Source: Octopus vulgaris
Lineage: Eukaryota
Direction of reading: 5' to 3'
DNA length: 64,000 nucleotides
Assembly (NCBI GenBank): GCA_951406725.2
Contig: OX597819.1
Span: forward strand, 67,146,001-67,210,000
In this document: positions 23,204 through 37,580 of the stretch, in pieces
Position numbering within the stretch: the stretch's first letter is position 1
Layout of the letters: each line of letters opens with the position of its first letter
Position numbers and translations under genes: made by a program
Notes under the pieces: model-generated
The model's input: the letters and a program-made list of their open reading frames with translations, nothing else
Told to the model about the DNA's origin: nothing
Database searches by the model: none

Positions 23204-26200
23204 CGATGTAAACACCAGCGAAAATCAACTATATATGTTAAACACCATAAACATACGACATCCACAGAAAACAATCATCCTAAGAATAACCTATAATACG
23301 TCTGCAATAACAACAAAATCTTCTAAAGAAAAGAAAATATATTACAAACGTAAAGAAAGTAATCACATGTCACGTTTGGCCAACAAAAGGAAATAGCAAA
23401 TTAAGGCCATCATAGACTCTATGCGTCATAATTAGGCAAACGATATATTTTCAACAATCCGCAATGAACTTCAATTAACACAAACTAGCGGATGGTAAAT
23501 CATAGCAAGATGTACACAAACACTACCTAGATACAGAGATACAGCAAAAGCAACGGGAGAAACTACTACAAAATCTAATGCATTAGTTCACTTGGAAGTG
23601 AGGGGAAATCGCAGAATGCTCTATACGCATGTATATATGTCCAGATATATAGTACAACATCCTACCCTCATGGCTAGCCCAGAGAAGCGCAAGAAACACA
23701 CAAAACATAGCAGCAACATCAATACTATGAACTGTAGCATACACTGTTCAGGGATGCGAAATACCAAAAATATGCGCAAAGGAAGACGATGTGTTGCACC
23801 CTGACCGACTCCAACTTTCACATCTTCTCTCTGGTCACCAACTGGAACTAATTAAGCACGCAGATAAACTGGACAGAAGAAAGTGCAATATGTTTAGACT
23901 GTCACACCAATCTCGCATGATTCATCAGAACATGCCTGCCAACAACGGCAATCTGTTACTTTAAGTGTTTTATTTTCTATTTTTATGAGTTGTTTTCCGA
24001 CGATAAACAATGCAATGCAGAAAACAAAACTTTTTTTGTTATATGAATATAAAGGGTATATTTTCTGGAAACATCGCCACAGTAGTTTTCAGGGCAAATT
24101 GCTTCTGTTAACGCTTATAACGTCTTGTGAATTTAATTTGTTAGTTGGTTTATGGTTACAACTGGCAGAACCATTTATTATTGAATTATTTGACCTCCAT
24201 GATTTCTCTTAAGTCTTGGTATCGCTGTTGAGTTGAACATAAGACAAACGACCGTAACATTAACAAACATAGAAGTGTAAAAATTCAATAAACAAGAACG
24301 ATGTACACATCGTTGTACTTGATCAAACTGAGTTAAGAATTATATTAATAAAAGACGCTACAAGTTTAAAGTCACGCTACAGAGAAGAAAAAAATACAAA
24401 AAAATAAAATAAAATTCTACAACCAATAAATTTGAACATGTTTGCCTTGGAAATAAAAAGTCAGAGAGTTAAGAGAAGCAAGTGTAAGGAGAATAGTAAA
24501 ATGAACATGAGATAAAAATTTATATTATGATTATGCAATATCAAAAATATAAAACAGATCTATAAATATGGAGCAGAATAAAGCTTCGCCACATTAAGAA
24601 AATTTTCCAGTCTGCTGAGTCAACGAGGGTGCTTCTAGACAGTCAGTAGATCTATTAGTAATAGCAGCTAAACCTCACTCAAATTATACCTCACAGATGT
24701 TAAACAGAAAGTATACATTATGTAACACTGTGCTACTTGAATAATATTGAAATTTTAAATATTTAGAATGGAAAGTGTCTGATCGTGGATTGGTTGATCT
24801 GGTCGTGTTTAAGATTTATTCAACAAACTCAACGATAACGGGAAAAACAAAGACGCTAAGAATACTCTGTAAATTACTTGTTTTGTTGAAAATAGTGAAT
24901 ATCAAATAGAAATGATTACATATACACACGCATATGTGTGTGTGTGTGTGTGTATTTTATAGGACTCCCGATGTAGTGGCCATGTTTCGCTCCAGGTAAC
25001 CTCCGCTCTATTTGAACTATGAGCAAAGGGATCAGTGGATTTTCAGAAGCGTGTGTATACAGCCTTCTGTATTCCAAACAGAATTGCATCGTCTCCTGTA
25101 TTTATTTTTAAATTTAAATTGGAAATGCTTGGATTTGAGGTAGGTGCGTATGTCGTTTCGAAGAAGAAGATTCTTCTTTCGATTATTGGTAGCGAGAATT
25201 TACAAACCAGGTAACTTTCATCTGCATGTACGTTAATTGAATTTCTTTGAACGTGCAACTAATCACTAATTAATTCTGTCGATAAGAACAACGGTGAAAT
25301 AATTAGAGTTGCATGGATTCAATGATTAAGAAGTATATTTATTTTACGATAAGCACAGTGGAGTATTGCCAAGGAGAGATTAATAATGTTTCTAATATTA
25401 GCAAAAGGTCAGCAATTTGGAGAGGGAGTGGGAGATGATTGCATCGACACCAGTGTTCAAATTATACTTATTTTATCGACCCAAAAATAATGAAAAGTAA
25501 AATTCAGCCTCAGAGACATAGGAACACAGGACATAAAGGGCCGGGAATCAAAGCCGCTAAATATTTTTCCCGCTGTGGTAACGAGTCTACCAGCCCGTGT
25601 TCTTCAAAAGATAGAATATTACTGTGTATTGTACCCACTGGGGTATCTACCAGCTTATTTGGTTACAAACGAGAGAATGTTGAAAAGGCGGAAGATATAC
25701 TGAGCAAGATCGTCTGTGAATTGAAACTGTATCGCTGGCATAGCTTACCGAAGGCTTATGAATAATGCAGAGAACGTATAGCACTTTACAAATAAAAGAA
25801 GGTAATATATGTTTACGATGTAGAAAAATATCGACGGTTACAATGGAAATGAGAACATGTGTTATGTTAGTATATAAAGTAGCATTAAAGTGGTACAATA
25901 CATCTACTCATACTAATTCACAGCTAAGCAACTCATTCAGTAGATTCGTTCAGACATTAGCGGGCAAAAACGAGGACAGGTTTCTGTAATAGGGATAGCC
26001 AATGAACCGTTAATTCTTACTAACTGTGCAAACTTTTACAATTATCAGATCTAGACATTTATAATCATCTGATCAATGTCATTACTGAAATCTGTTATGA
26101 GTTAGAAATTCCATAAATTGCGTGATTTATTGCATAAATTGAGCGAAAACAGTATGGATTTACGAAGAGTTTTTACGAAGATATCACCATTGTATATAAA

Positions 26201-27181
26201 CCTCTTTGTTTGATATAGCGCAAAATTATTCGAGATTGTATCTGAATGCAATCATTTAAGCAAACTGATAGATCAACTTAATTCATAAAACCATCTATTA
26301 ATATAAATGATTTTTATTCGTTCTATCGTTTGTGTCGAGTTTGTTTATTTGTGTGAGTGATTGTCATTGTTTCAATAAAAGAACGTTCCTTCTTTTGTGA
26401 TCATCTGTATTTGCTCGGAGCTTATTATCAATGTGAATTCAAAATCTATCCTACCAAGCATAAATTCTATATGTATATCGAGTCGATTTACCGTCCAATC
26501 GAGAGTTAACTTTCTGAACCAATTTCACTTACTAAGATGGCGTCCATATATACAATAGAGCTACCATAATGAAAGATGAAAATCACATCATTTGCATGCA
26601 ATACTGTTTTCTCAGTATGTTCGCAGGAGTTGATTTTAAGCAATCGAAAATATTTCTGATTGAAAACATAAAAAGAAGGAAAAATGAACAATAATATAAA
26701 AGCTAACGGAAAAGAAAACAATAATGAGAAGAAAAGAAATAAAAATAAAAACGGAAACAATATTATAAAATAAACCAAAATAAATAAACCAAAATAGGTG
26801 AACGGACAAAGAAATATAAATATAATAAATACAAAAATTTGTGAATGACATTGGTTGTGAAGAAATTTCCTCTAGAATAATTTTAAGCAAAGTACGAAAA
26901 TAGGTAATTTGACAGCACTTCGAGTGTTTACGGTGTCCATCCTAACTTCACAATCAAACACATCAAAAATACATTCCAAGGAGAAGATGCGAATTGAAAT
27001 GTGTATGACATCCATTGACTAAACCAGGTCAAACATGTCAATCCTCTGGAAGATATACTGACGTAATTATGACGACGACGACGACGACGATTATGATGTA
27101 GTTCATATCAAAAGAAATATAGAATTGTATATGGAGTTTGTAAGTAAAATATATATCTGCATATATGTATGTGTTTATAAA

Positions 27182-27263
<82 letters not shown>

Positions 27264-27637
27264 GATACATACATAAATATATAGACAGGTATAAATATAG
27301 ATACATATATATATATAAACAGATAGATGTATGTTTATATTTATATCTATATATACCTATTTGATTCTGACTCTCTCTCTGTCACGGTCTCTTTCTCCCC
27401 CTCCCCCTCTCTCTCACTATATATATACATACATATGTGCGTATATACATATGTGTATGTTCATAGATATACAGAATACGCGCGCACACCACCATATACA
27501 GACATACACGTGCACACAAATACACGCACACATAAATATATGTATGCATATTCATCCGTTTTATTGTCTTTAAAACAACTTCCTCAAACATAGTGACTTA
27601 GTTTAGAATTACGAAAACAAATTCATATACATACATA

Positions 27638-28560
27638 GATTACATGGCAAATTGCGAACAACAGAAATAATATCCTTAAGATTGTAAATTTGGAAAAGTA
27701 CTGAGACAAGTTATTACACTTGGAAAACTTCCTGGTAAAGTACAGGACAAGTTATTACATCTGGTAAGATACAGGACAAGTTATTACATCTGGTAAAGTA
27801 CAGAACAAGAACATTTTTACTTAAAATATTGCAGCTAAGGATAAGATTTCAAATAGAGTATTTATATTTAGAAAATATTAACTTTATTAAAACTAAAAAT
27901 ATTATTACAAGTTATTACTTCTATTTATTTTTTGTTACTTCTATGAAAAATTAAAAATAACTCCATTAAAATATATTTCGCACTTAAAATAAATCATTTT
28001 TTAAATTATTAAATAATAATTAGAAATTTGAAAATAGGTTATAAAAGAAGAAAGTAGTACATAGTACAATAAATAGAATAATACAAAATTAGTTATGTAT
28101 TACAGTAAAATCTACCTATAACACCAAATTCACAGTACAATTTGCTTGAATTATTGCCAAAGTCATTGACATGTCTTCAAAATTTTTAGTCTTGAAACAA
28201 TTTCTATTTTGTACATAATGAATTTGCCGATTATATACACTGTTCAACTTTGGATAAAACTTTAGCTATATTGGTTCTTCTGGCTCTCATTCTTTAAGTA
28301 TTCCAGTGTGTCAATATTTTAACAAAATCATGATACCTTTATTAATTGTAATATTACTTTGTAAATTGAAATGAAATAAATTTTAATATTCAAATTTTAT
28401 CATTAGCTGCAATATCTTAAGTAAATATTATCTTGTTCTGTACTTTACCAGATGTAATAATTTGTCCTGAATTTTTTCAAATGAATGACTTGCCTTGTAC
28501 TTTTCCAAGTTTATAATCTTAAGAATATTATTCCTCTTCTTCGCATTTTTCCATGTAATC
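27638..28560. mobile_element. Putative non-autonomous DNA transposon with long diverged TIRs
   Basis: Arms 27638-27855 and 28387-28560 are reverse complements. The left arm has 29-bp subrepeats ctggtaaagtacaggacaagttattacat. The interior is very AT-rich. No TSD was recognised. Confidence 0.6.
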
Positions 28561-29280
28561 CATTTTTTGCAGGCTATGCTAGTATGGTAGTTATAATGCG
28601 TCAAATGTGTCAATCAACACTGTCGTTGATAATTTTTTCCTTACTTCAAAATTCCCTTATAGAATATTATCCATGGAAAAGTATAGAACTATATTATCAC
28701 CCTCAAATTTGAGAAACAAACACCCTTAAAGTTTTTCTTTTAAAACTTCATTACATGAGAATGATACCATGAAATTTCTAGAATTAAGCTCTATCATTTA
28801 ATCTTATTTCAAATATAATTTGTTTTAAAATTTAAAAAAAATAATTATACTTAAGTCCAATTTCTTGCTTTACTTATATATTTTTCGTGATATTTTAGCT
28901 CACAACTCTTTTGATGCCATAGTTTGTTGTACGGGATCAAAACTATCAAATTCTTCATGCTTTCGTCTGTCATTGAATCCAAGAGAAATATATTTTGCTT
29001 TTAAAAGAAAATAGTTATTTCGATCTAAACGTGATTGGAGGGGCTACATACTCTTCTATAACATTGCTACAAATTTTAATGTAGACTTTTTGTACTGGAC
29101 CAAATAACAATTTTTTTAATGCCAAATGGTAGCTAGGGGCCTTATCTTCTTGAAAAATGTTAACAGTTTTCAATTGGGTTAAGCACTGAATAAGCGATAA
29201 GCTCTGAAAAATGCCGCATGTGATAAGCTCTGAAAAATGCTGTAGTTGAATGGCATGGAATTACAGAAAAACATAAAGAA

Positions 29281-30185
29281 TTTCAAGCATTTATAAATGG
29301 ACTTGACATAAACGTTCAATTTACGTTGGAATATAGCCATCAACAACTTCCATTCCTCGACATCCCCATTAGGAAATCCAACAACAAAATAAAAACATAT
29401 ATACTATAAACCCGCGAACTCCAAGCAATATCTACCATTTACCTCATGTTACTTCAGACACACTAGACGGAATATCCAACTTGGCAGAAAGGATGTATAC
29501 TATAGTTTCTAATACAAACACCAGGAACACACAACTACGTGAACTAAAGGATACACTCATCACCAAGAACTACTCCCCCATCGTTAACTGATATAGGCTT
29601 TCGGCGTGTTCTATAACTCAATATCCACAAACTCAAACATCCCAAACTAAAGATGGAATTACAAACAAAGGCCCTACCATACCTCTCCACACACAACTCA
29701 CTTAACAATGAAGCCTTCGACATCAACATCCAGAACTTTCCTCTACTAAAGAGGGACTACAGAATAAATTTAATCCTCCAAACGCACACCCAAGTCTGTG
29801 TAAAGTCTCCAAACACAAGCACAAATACACTCAGCAGCAACACTAAAGCTGTCCGTAAAAATGCAGAAGACCTGTCTGTGGTATATACGTCAACCTAATT
29901 GAGATATCCGAGTTTTCCTTCAAACAGGATCAATGTTTTACACTGAAAAACAACTTCACATTTGCCTCGGAAAAGCTATTATAGTATTAGCTCGCTCAGA
30001 GTGTCGAGAGCAGTACGTAGGCCAAACCAAAAACATTCTACGCCAAAGGATGACACTACATTGATCCCAGATTAAAATTTGGGAATACAGAAAAATAGCA
30101 TTGAGTGAGCACATCGACATTTGCCCCACGAACGTACAACCCAACTTAAGAATATTTCCTCTCTATAAATTTAGAGATGGAATGA
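29281..30185 (+). mobile_element. Degraded Penelope-like element (RT C-terminus and GIY-YIG)
   Basis: Frameshifted translation FQAFINGLDINVQFTLEYSHQQLPFLDI...YYKPANSKQYLPFTSC..RHT..NI..NLAERMYTIVS, then ECREQYVGQTKNILRQRMTLH...ALSEHIDIC...IFPLYK. Confidence 0.85.
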
Positions 30186-30382
30186 TCAGCGCATTAGCAC
30201 AAAGTCATATTTTTGAATGACTACAACAGAAATGACACTACTACAAGGGTTCTAGAATAATACTCACGCAAACATTGAAAACCATATATTCAATTGACCA
30301 TTTAAGAGCAATCCACCAACATCTTACTACTGCCATACCACCACAGTATTTATCTTATTGTGTATCCTCTTTCCCTACGCCC

Positions 30383-30540
30383 TCTTCTTCTTCTTCTTCT
30401 TCTTCTTCTTCTTCTTCTTCTTCTTCTTCTTCTTCTTCTTCTTCTTCTTCTTCTTCTTCTTCTTCTTCTTCTTCTTCTTCTTCTTCTTCTTCTTCTTCTT
30501 CTTCTTCTTCTTCGTCTTCTTTTTCGCCGTCTCCTTCTTC
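30383..30540. repeat. (TTC)n microsatellite
   Basis: Directly visible. Confidence 0.97.
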
Positions 30541-30652
30541 TGTTACAGCTGCTTAAACAATCAAAACCAAGAACTCACGTTCCTCATAATATACATTTTT
30601 TCAAATCTGCTACTACCTACCTACCGTGCCTTCACAAAAGTAAAAGAGAGAG

Positions 30653-30701
<49 letters not shown>

Positions 30702-30881
30702 GACTGAAAGGAAAATGTCCCATGTATTTGAAAAGTATGGAAATATTTTAAAGAAATATTTTATTTAATTTTTCCACAATGTAATTGTTTCATCATGCTC
30801 TTGTCTAAGTTGAAAAAGTTGCAAAGACTAAAATGATCTTTATGGTAAAATTATTTAGCATTCTCTACCTTGTAGTATTTT

Positions 30882-30931
<50 letters not shown>

Positions 30932-31225
30932 CTGTATTGGCCTGCTCGCTTAGCCAGCGGGGTGGCGTCATTCGAAGGCTAAAACTATGCGAACGCATCG
31001 TGACCAGCGATGTGTAACAACATCTGATGGTCTGGTCGGTCACGTGATCACGTGATATATGTATATATATATACATATATACATAGATAGATAGATAGTT
31101 AGATAGATAGATATACATACATGCATACATAATATATATACATATATATATATAATATAAATAATATTTATGCATATATGCATATGTATATGTACATACT
31201 TATATCAATACGTATATATCTGTGT

Positions 31226-31283
<58 letters not shown>

Positions 31284-31289
31284 TGCATA

Positions 31290-31727
31290 TGTGGGCAAAG
31301 GACGCTATGAAACATGTACAACAAATAAGTACGAAGCACGAGTACATGGAACATGAACTATTCTTTCGAACAACAAAAGACAAAAATGGAACAGAAAACA
31401 AACATAAAGAACGACCCTTCATTAGTTGTTGGCTGTTTTTCTAGTCACGTACTTCGTGCATATAACAACAATATACGCTTTTGATAAACCAGTTGCTTCC
31501 GCAAAGCAAATAAAATTTTTAAAAAATGGGATTTTGCGGAGCGTCAAAATTTGTAACACAAACAGGAAGGGCTACTGCGGGAGCAACTGTTTTACCGAAA
31601 GCGGATATTGTTAAATGCTCCAAATACGAGACTAGGAAAAAAGCCAACAAGTGATGAATGGTCGTTCTTTATGTTTGTTTTATGTTTTGTTTTCCATTTG
31701 TGACTTTCGTTGTTCGAAAGAATAGTT
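31290..31727. mobile_element. Family P3 module with inverted partial copy
   Basis: Homologous to 8290-8570. Arms 31356-31503 and 31576-31727 are diverged reverse complements. Confidence 0.75.
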
Positions 31728-32859
31728 AACAAAGTCACAGGAGTAAAATATTTACATTGATCATGCTACAATTCAATTGGTAGAATGAACTTATCAGAAT
31801 AGTACATATTTGGTTAGAACAAATAAGAATTTAGAGGTTATTAGAGTCTATAGAAGTGGGGAAAATAATTGACACAAATGACCCAGTTATTTAAACTTCT
31901 AACAACCGAAGAAGGTGGGCTCCGATCGTCTAGAATTTTATCTCAAGGAAGATGTTTATTTCCACTGGTCAGTGGTGAAAGCAGCAATTAAAGTCAGGTC
32001 AGCCTATTAAATTATCAAAAGTGATGGGACACTATGTCGGCTTAATCTTCACAAATGGGCAAGACGTAGGGTCGTAATAAAGGAGTAAGTGATAGGGAAG
32101 GGATGATAATGAGGGGGGTGATAAAGGAGAGAGAGGAAGCTGAATTTACTTGTATTCATTACCGTATTAAAAATACAACATTAAGATAAATTTAGAAATT
32201 AGATAAATAGGTGATGAATAAATTATATTTAAAATCATCCTCTCTTCGTAAATGTTATAGACAGCACTTTAACGGCTGAATAGCTAAGATCAGATTTCTT
32301 CACTCAGCTGGCTTCTTATTATTTGCATACACAGAAAGAATAGCATGTGATATGCACCAAGTCAGATATTCACTTAATATTATTGAGTATGCATGTTACT
32401 CCGACCTCACTTTTAAGTAACTAATTCAACTGAAATTTGATTGTATTTTGATATAGATATATACAGTGTAAACCGAGTTAGCGGTTCCGTTACCTATATT
32501 ATCCCCGGACATTGGTGTGCTTTGTCATGCTTGTATTAAAAAATTAACTATAAATATAGTCCAATCGATGTGCTTGTTAATCTGAGGCTTTCTCCATTTC
32601 TGATTATATATATATATATATACTTACAGGGACAGACAGTGAGATAGATAATTAGAGAGACAGACAGGCAGGCAGAAAGATAGATATGTGTGTTCCAGGC
32701 TGTAATCGAATTACTTTCACTACACGGACCCAAATCAAATCGACTGCCAAACAGGTAAACAGGTATAATCCCTGCATTGCCATCCAAAAATAACTGGCCT
32801 AGGTAAGATATCGAGGATTCACCTGGCAGTGAATAAATACAAGGATTTCAGCAAGAACA

Positions 32860-33190
32860 TCAATGGAACACTAGCATGAAATCTCGTATCAAGAGCAAAC
32901 ATATCAGGATGGATATTGTTTGAAACAGGCAAGAAAATAATATTCATGGAGTTCAGCAGAACAACTGTCGGGAATATCTACCTGAGAATCAGAGAAAAAG
33001 AATATATTTATGCACAACAGATTCGAGAACTTCATATTCTATGCTCAGATTATATATTCTTATACCAATACTAATCTATGCACTTAGCTCAATAAATAAA
33101 TGACAAACTGGAAAAGCTAGGGAAGTCAACCAGCTAACACGCACATTATCGTAGGCGGAATAGTAAAAACTAACTTTGGATCGTATCCTT
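32860..33190 (+). mobile_element. Highly degraded RLE endonuclease fragment of an R4-like element
   Basis: IKSKHIRMDIV*NRQE (compare xKCKHNRPDIV) and NIYLRIREKEYIYAQQIRELHILCSDYIF. Confidence 0.5.
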
Positions 33191-34559
33191 GTAAGAAACC
33201 AGCTTCACCATTACAGGAAGATTTCATATAAAAACAAAATAGATGCGAACATATATTCATACAATGATTCCGCAGAAGAATTTGAAAAACTGCCTTCACG
33301 AGCACTGAACGGAGATTAACTTACTTTAAAGCCATAAAGAAGTATAATTGGGCTGTCTGGATCACCTTTAAGAACTGAGAGCATAGACAATGTCTCGAAC
33401 TAATATGGTAGCTGTTTTTTATAACTTTCCATTATGTTCAATCTGTGAACTTGCTGGATTAAAATCACTGAAAAACAATGGACATAAGATCTAAAAAAAA
33501 AGAAAAAACAACAAATGAAAACATTGTTAGCCATCACACACCATTATATACATTCAAATATATATATAAATATACAATATATATGTATACGCCTGCATGA
33601 GTGTTCTGTGCGTTAGCACTTAGGTGCTAACCATATTTTGATTTCTATTTTTCCTATTTGCAATCGCCAGACGTGTGTGTGTGTGTGTGTTTGTGTGTGT
33701 ATTCCTATGCATATGCATATATGTGTGTATAATTTTAGGTTAGTTTTTCGTAATCATGTCTTGTATTGTATGCGACGTAAAAACGCCATCGTTGTTTCTA
33801 TTCCAGTTTAGAGTTTATTTCACGATATTTACACCGCTTCTGTACGTAATAAAGCCGTACGTAGATTCAATAGCATAAGACTTCATGTCTAAAATAAATC
33901 ATAGAGATTTTGCAGCAATGTAATAAATCAATATAATACCATTCAATGCGATTATTATCACTGATGCATTGAAAATCCTGATGAGAATTATTATGACATG
34001 TTTGTCGGTTTAGTACTTATTTGGAGTTCATAATCTAGCTGAGGTCGATTTTTCTCTTTTTATCTCACCGATGTTATAATGTTGTGAAAGAGGTGAAAAT
34101 CGCCATGGCTGTCTATTTAGTATTGTCACCATTTCTATATTTATCTGTGTTTGGAGATCGAATCAAATGTGGATACAATTTTTATGTTTCATCGTCGTAT
34201 ACATTATCAACAACAACATCATCATCATCATCATCATCATCAACGACAATACGAACATCACCATCATCACCCATCGAATCTTTCTAGGTAATATATTGGT
34301 TTCAACTTATTGCCAAAGATCAGCAAGATAGTTTGGGGGCGGTTAAATCAATAAATACCAGCGCAAAACTGGTTCATATTTCATCGACCCAGAAAAGATG
34401 AATAGCAAAGCCGATCTCAGCCGAATTTGAACTCAGAATGTAAAGAAGCCTTTTCCTAAGTACTTTACCCGTTGTGCTAACGATTCTTCCAGCTCACCAC
34501 TTCATTTCTAGATAATATATTTTCAAGTCTGATAAGGGTTTTGCTTCAGAGAATCTTTT

Positions 34560-34960
34560 ATTTCTTATTTCTTTTACTTGTTTCACTCATTGGAATTCGA
34601 CGAATACTGAGCCACCGCTTTAAAGGTCCTACATATTTATTTTTAAAGTCAGTAAAAAAAAATCCTACTGGACATTCTGCCAAACCAGTAAGTTAAAGGA
34701 AAGTAAACACACCAGCACCGGATGTCAAATAACTATAACTAAAAAAACGCACACATTCACACACACGCACTTATAGACAGAAAGACACATATTTACGGTG
34801 GACTTCCACACAGTTTCTGTGTAATTAATTTACTTGAAAGGCAATTGGTCGGGACCCGAGCATATAGAAGAGGATTTTTGCTGAAAGAATCGTGCCTTGG
34901 AAACGAACCCGAAACCACATGGTTGCAAAGCGAACTTCTTAAGTACACAGCCGTAACTGC
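34560..34960 (-). mobile_element. Degenerate SINE family A
   Basis: cttttacttgtttcactcatt...gtaaacacaccagcaccgg...gaacccgaaaccacatggttg...cacagcc. Confidence 0.65.
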
Positions 34961-35624
34961 ACCAACACACATTAACACAGTTCCTATAGAAACTTCGAGA
35001 GACGTGAAACAATTCGTTCTTAACGGTGGAACACAAATGAGATAAAGTTATATGTATACTTGTGTGATAATATTGTGTTAAAGAACCCATTGGATAGACT
35101 CCAATGCAGAATTTGCTTTAGGTCATCCAATGGGATGTTAACCAATATTAAATCGCTAATATTTATATCTTATCTTAACGTAACCTACTTGAATTCTGCC
35201 TTTGAAAACGAAACACACGCGGGCGCACAAACAAACACACAAGTTATAATATGGAATGAACAGGCAGTAATGCAAATATACTCTGTGCAGTGCTGGTAAT
35301 TGCTTCGTGTTTCATATTCACATATTCTTGCATTAATACGATCCAAGAATAACCGAACGTCATCAGAAGAGTGGGTTGAAGAGCATATGAAGAAGTGCAG
35401 ATGCACACTTAGTAGACTTTGCAACTCACTTCCAACACGGAAGTCAAGAATTCTCCTAAAACAACATTACGTATTCGTAGAAATAGGCTGTACCTTCAAG
35501 AGATAAGTCGTTATCTGTGAAAAAGTTTTTCAACCTCAGCAAATGTCAACAACGCAGACCTATCATTTCTTATATCCAGCCGAATATAAGACACACACAA
35601 ACTTTATTATTATTATTTTTATTA

Positions 35625-35727
<103 letters not shown>

Positions 35728-35732
35728 TATCA

Positions 35733-36290
35733 TTGAGTGAGAGGGCAGTATATGCCATCAAAGTGACTCTGGGGTAAAATATACGAAGCCCAGTATACCC
35801 ATCATGACTACCCGTCTGATAAGGGTGCACCAGGCACATGCATCACAACCATATGTGCGCGACATGGTGATCTCATTTCAAGAGAAACAGCGCATAACTT
35901 TGTAGGTGGGGCCCTGTTAGAATTTTCTTTTGGTCGAGTAGGACATCCCGTTCAAAATGTCCCTGAATAAGGATTGCTTAAGGATGTTGAACGAACTACC
36001 CATGTTTCCAAAGTGAATTATCCGAACCTCTAAGAATTCATTTCAACACACGGCTGTGATGCTTCCCCACTACTTCTGCTCGTCCATCAGAGATGCATAT
36101 ATCGTCCGCCACTAATGGACATGCTCAACTGGTTAAGGTCAAACAACTGACAAGCAAATCTGTGGTATTGAGCAGAATATTTGCTGTAGCACATCTTTTA
36201 TACCAAGACAAAACAATGTACACGATAGCACTTCCAACCTGTTAAGATCAGATGCCATGAGAGCCACTGCCTTGTAATACATTAGGGCTT
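35733..36290. other. Unclassified ~560-bp segment between (TTA)/(TCA)n arrays, probably an insertion
   Basis: Higher-GC block with sharp trinucleotide-repeat boundaries (35604-35732 and 36291-36392). No recognisable ORF. Confidence 0.4.
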
Positions 36291-36320
36291 TTATTATTAT
36301 TATTATTATTATCATTATTA

Positions 36321-36376
<56 letters not shown>

Positions 36377-36392
36377 GTTATTGTTATTATTA

Positions 36393-36875
36393 TTCCTTCG
36401 TAACACAGTGTAGGTAAAAATTCACCAGTGTTTTTAGTCATCAATCAAGTCACAGCAAGGACCTCAGATAGATAATACTTTCTTTAAGAAGTGCGCTGTG
36501 CTCAATAATGCTGCTTTTTGCAAGACATCCATCTTGCGTGGGATTTCCAGTGCCTTAAGGAGTCTTGAAGTTTCGATGTCATTGAGCCCACCGCTCAGAT
36601 CACCACTGGTATCACTTTTACATTACCCTTTCGCATCCCATACAGTCTTGCTATTTCAACTTTCAGTTCGGAGATTTTTTTCAGCTTCTTTACTCACAAC
36701 ATTCATGTCATTTAGTACAGCTACATCAATGATTTGACAGTATTTGTCTCGCTTATTCAATATGACAATATCAGGTCGACGCTGTTCGATTACACGATTT
36801 GTTTGAAAATCGTAGTCCCTGAGTGTCGCTACTTTTCCATCTTCCTGCATAACTTTACTTGGTACATGCTCTTAC
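36393..36875 (-). mobile_element. R4/Dong-like non-LTR 3' fragment (RLE endonuclease and tail)
   Basis: DYDFQTNRVIEQRRPDIVILNKRDKYCQIIDVAVLNDMNVVSKEAEK and EIARLY...VKVIPVVI*AVG...LQKAALLSTAHFLKKVI. The 3' end abuts (TAA)n. Confidence 0.85.
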
Positions 36876-37295
36876 CAGAGAATATCGGCACGATTAAGAC
36901 TACACCTCATTTGGAACATAGAAAAGAGCCTTTACCTCATACAAAATTGGATCACAGATTTTAGCGCTTGTTTGGTGCTCACAGCCAGCCTGGGCAATCA
37001 AGGTCAGACATCGGCTGCGTAATCACAACAGTATCAACTCTTAGTCAATCGAAAGAAAGATTTGGCGAAAGTGCAGATAATATTTGACGCCCTCTAGTCC
37101 GTAGACAATCAGTTGAAAGTAAGGTGTTGTCACATTAATTCGTTCGTTTGTCCTTTCTTCTTGTTGTTTGAATTAGTATGAAAATAATTGTCGTATTGTT
37201 TTATGGGTTGTTTAGCTCTGTACTTCCTGTTCAAATACTGTTTCTTGTTTATGATATCTGAATAAATTTTACGTTTGTTTTTCAGTCATAAGTAG

Positions 37296-37580
37296 ATGAA
37301 TGCCAAATAGAAAAAAATGAGCATTTTAGACACCTGCCTCCATTGCCATTCAGCTAAGTGTTTGGAGACGGCGCTATTACAAAGATAACTAGCCAAAATC
37401 ATGGTTTTTTACCTCAAGCGGGGAAAGTCGACTCGACAGCGTCTCCGCGTTCCAGCCGACCTATTTAGTTCAACGGAGATCGACAGAACGAGAACAAGCT
37501 TTTCCATAAGAATCCATATCATTCTACTTAGGAATTGGCTCAGCAGATAGATTGCTCTCGGGATATTATCACACGTCACC
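37296..37580 (+). mobile_element. Degraded mariner transposase N-terminal fragment
   Basis: CQIEKNEHFRHL...VFGDGAIT...SPRSSRPI*F...HKNPYHST*ELAQQIDCS, resembling a mariner HTH region. Confidence 0.6.

Noticed and set aside
29197-29242. 26-bp direct repeat gataagctctgaaaaatgc
   Set aside because: A simple local duplication with no evidence of function or of being a TSD.
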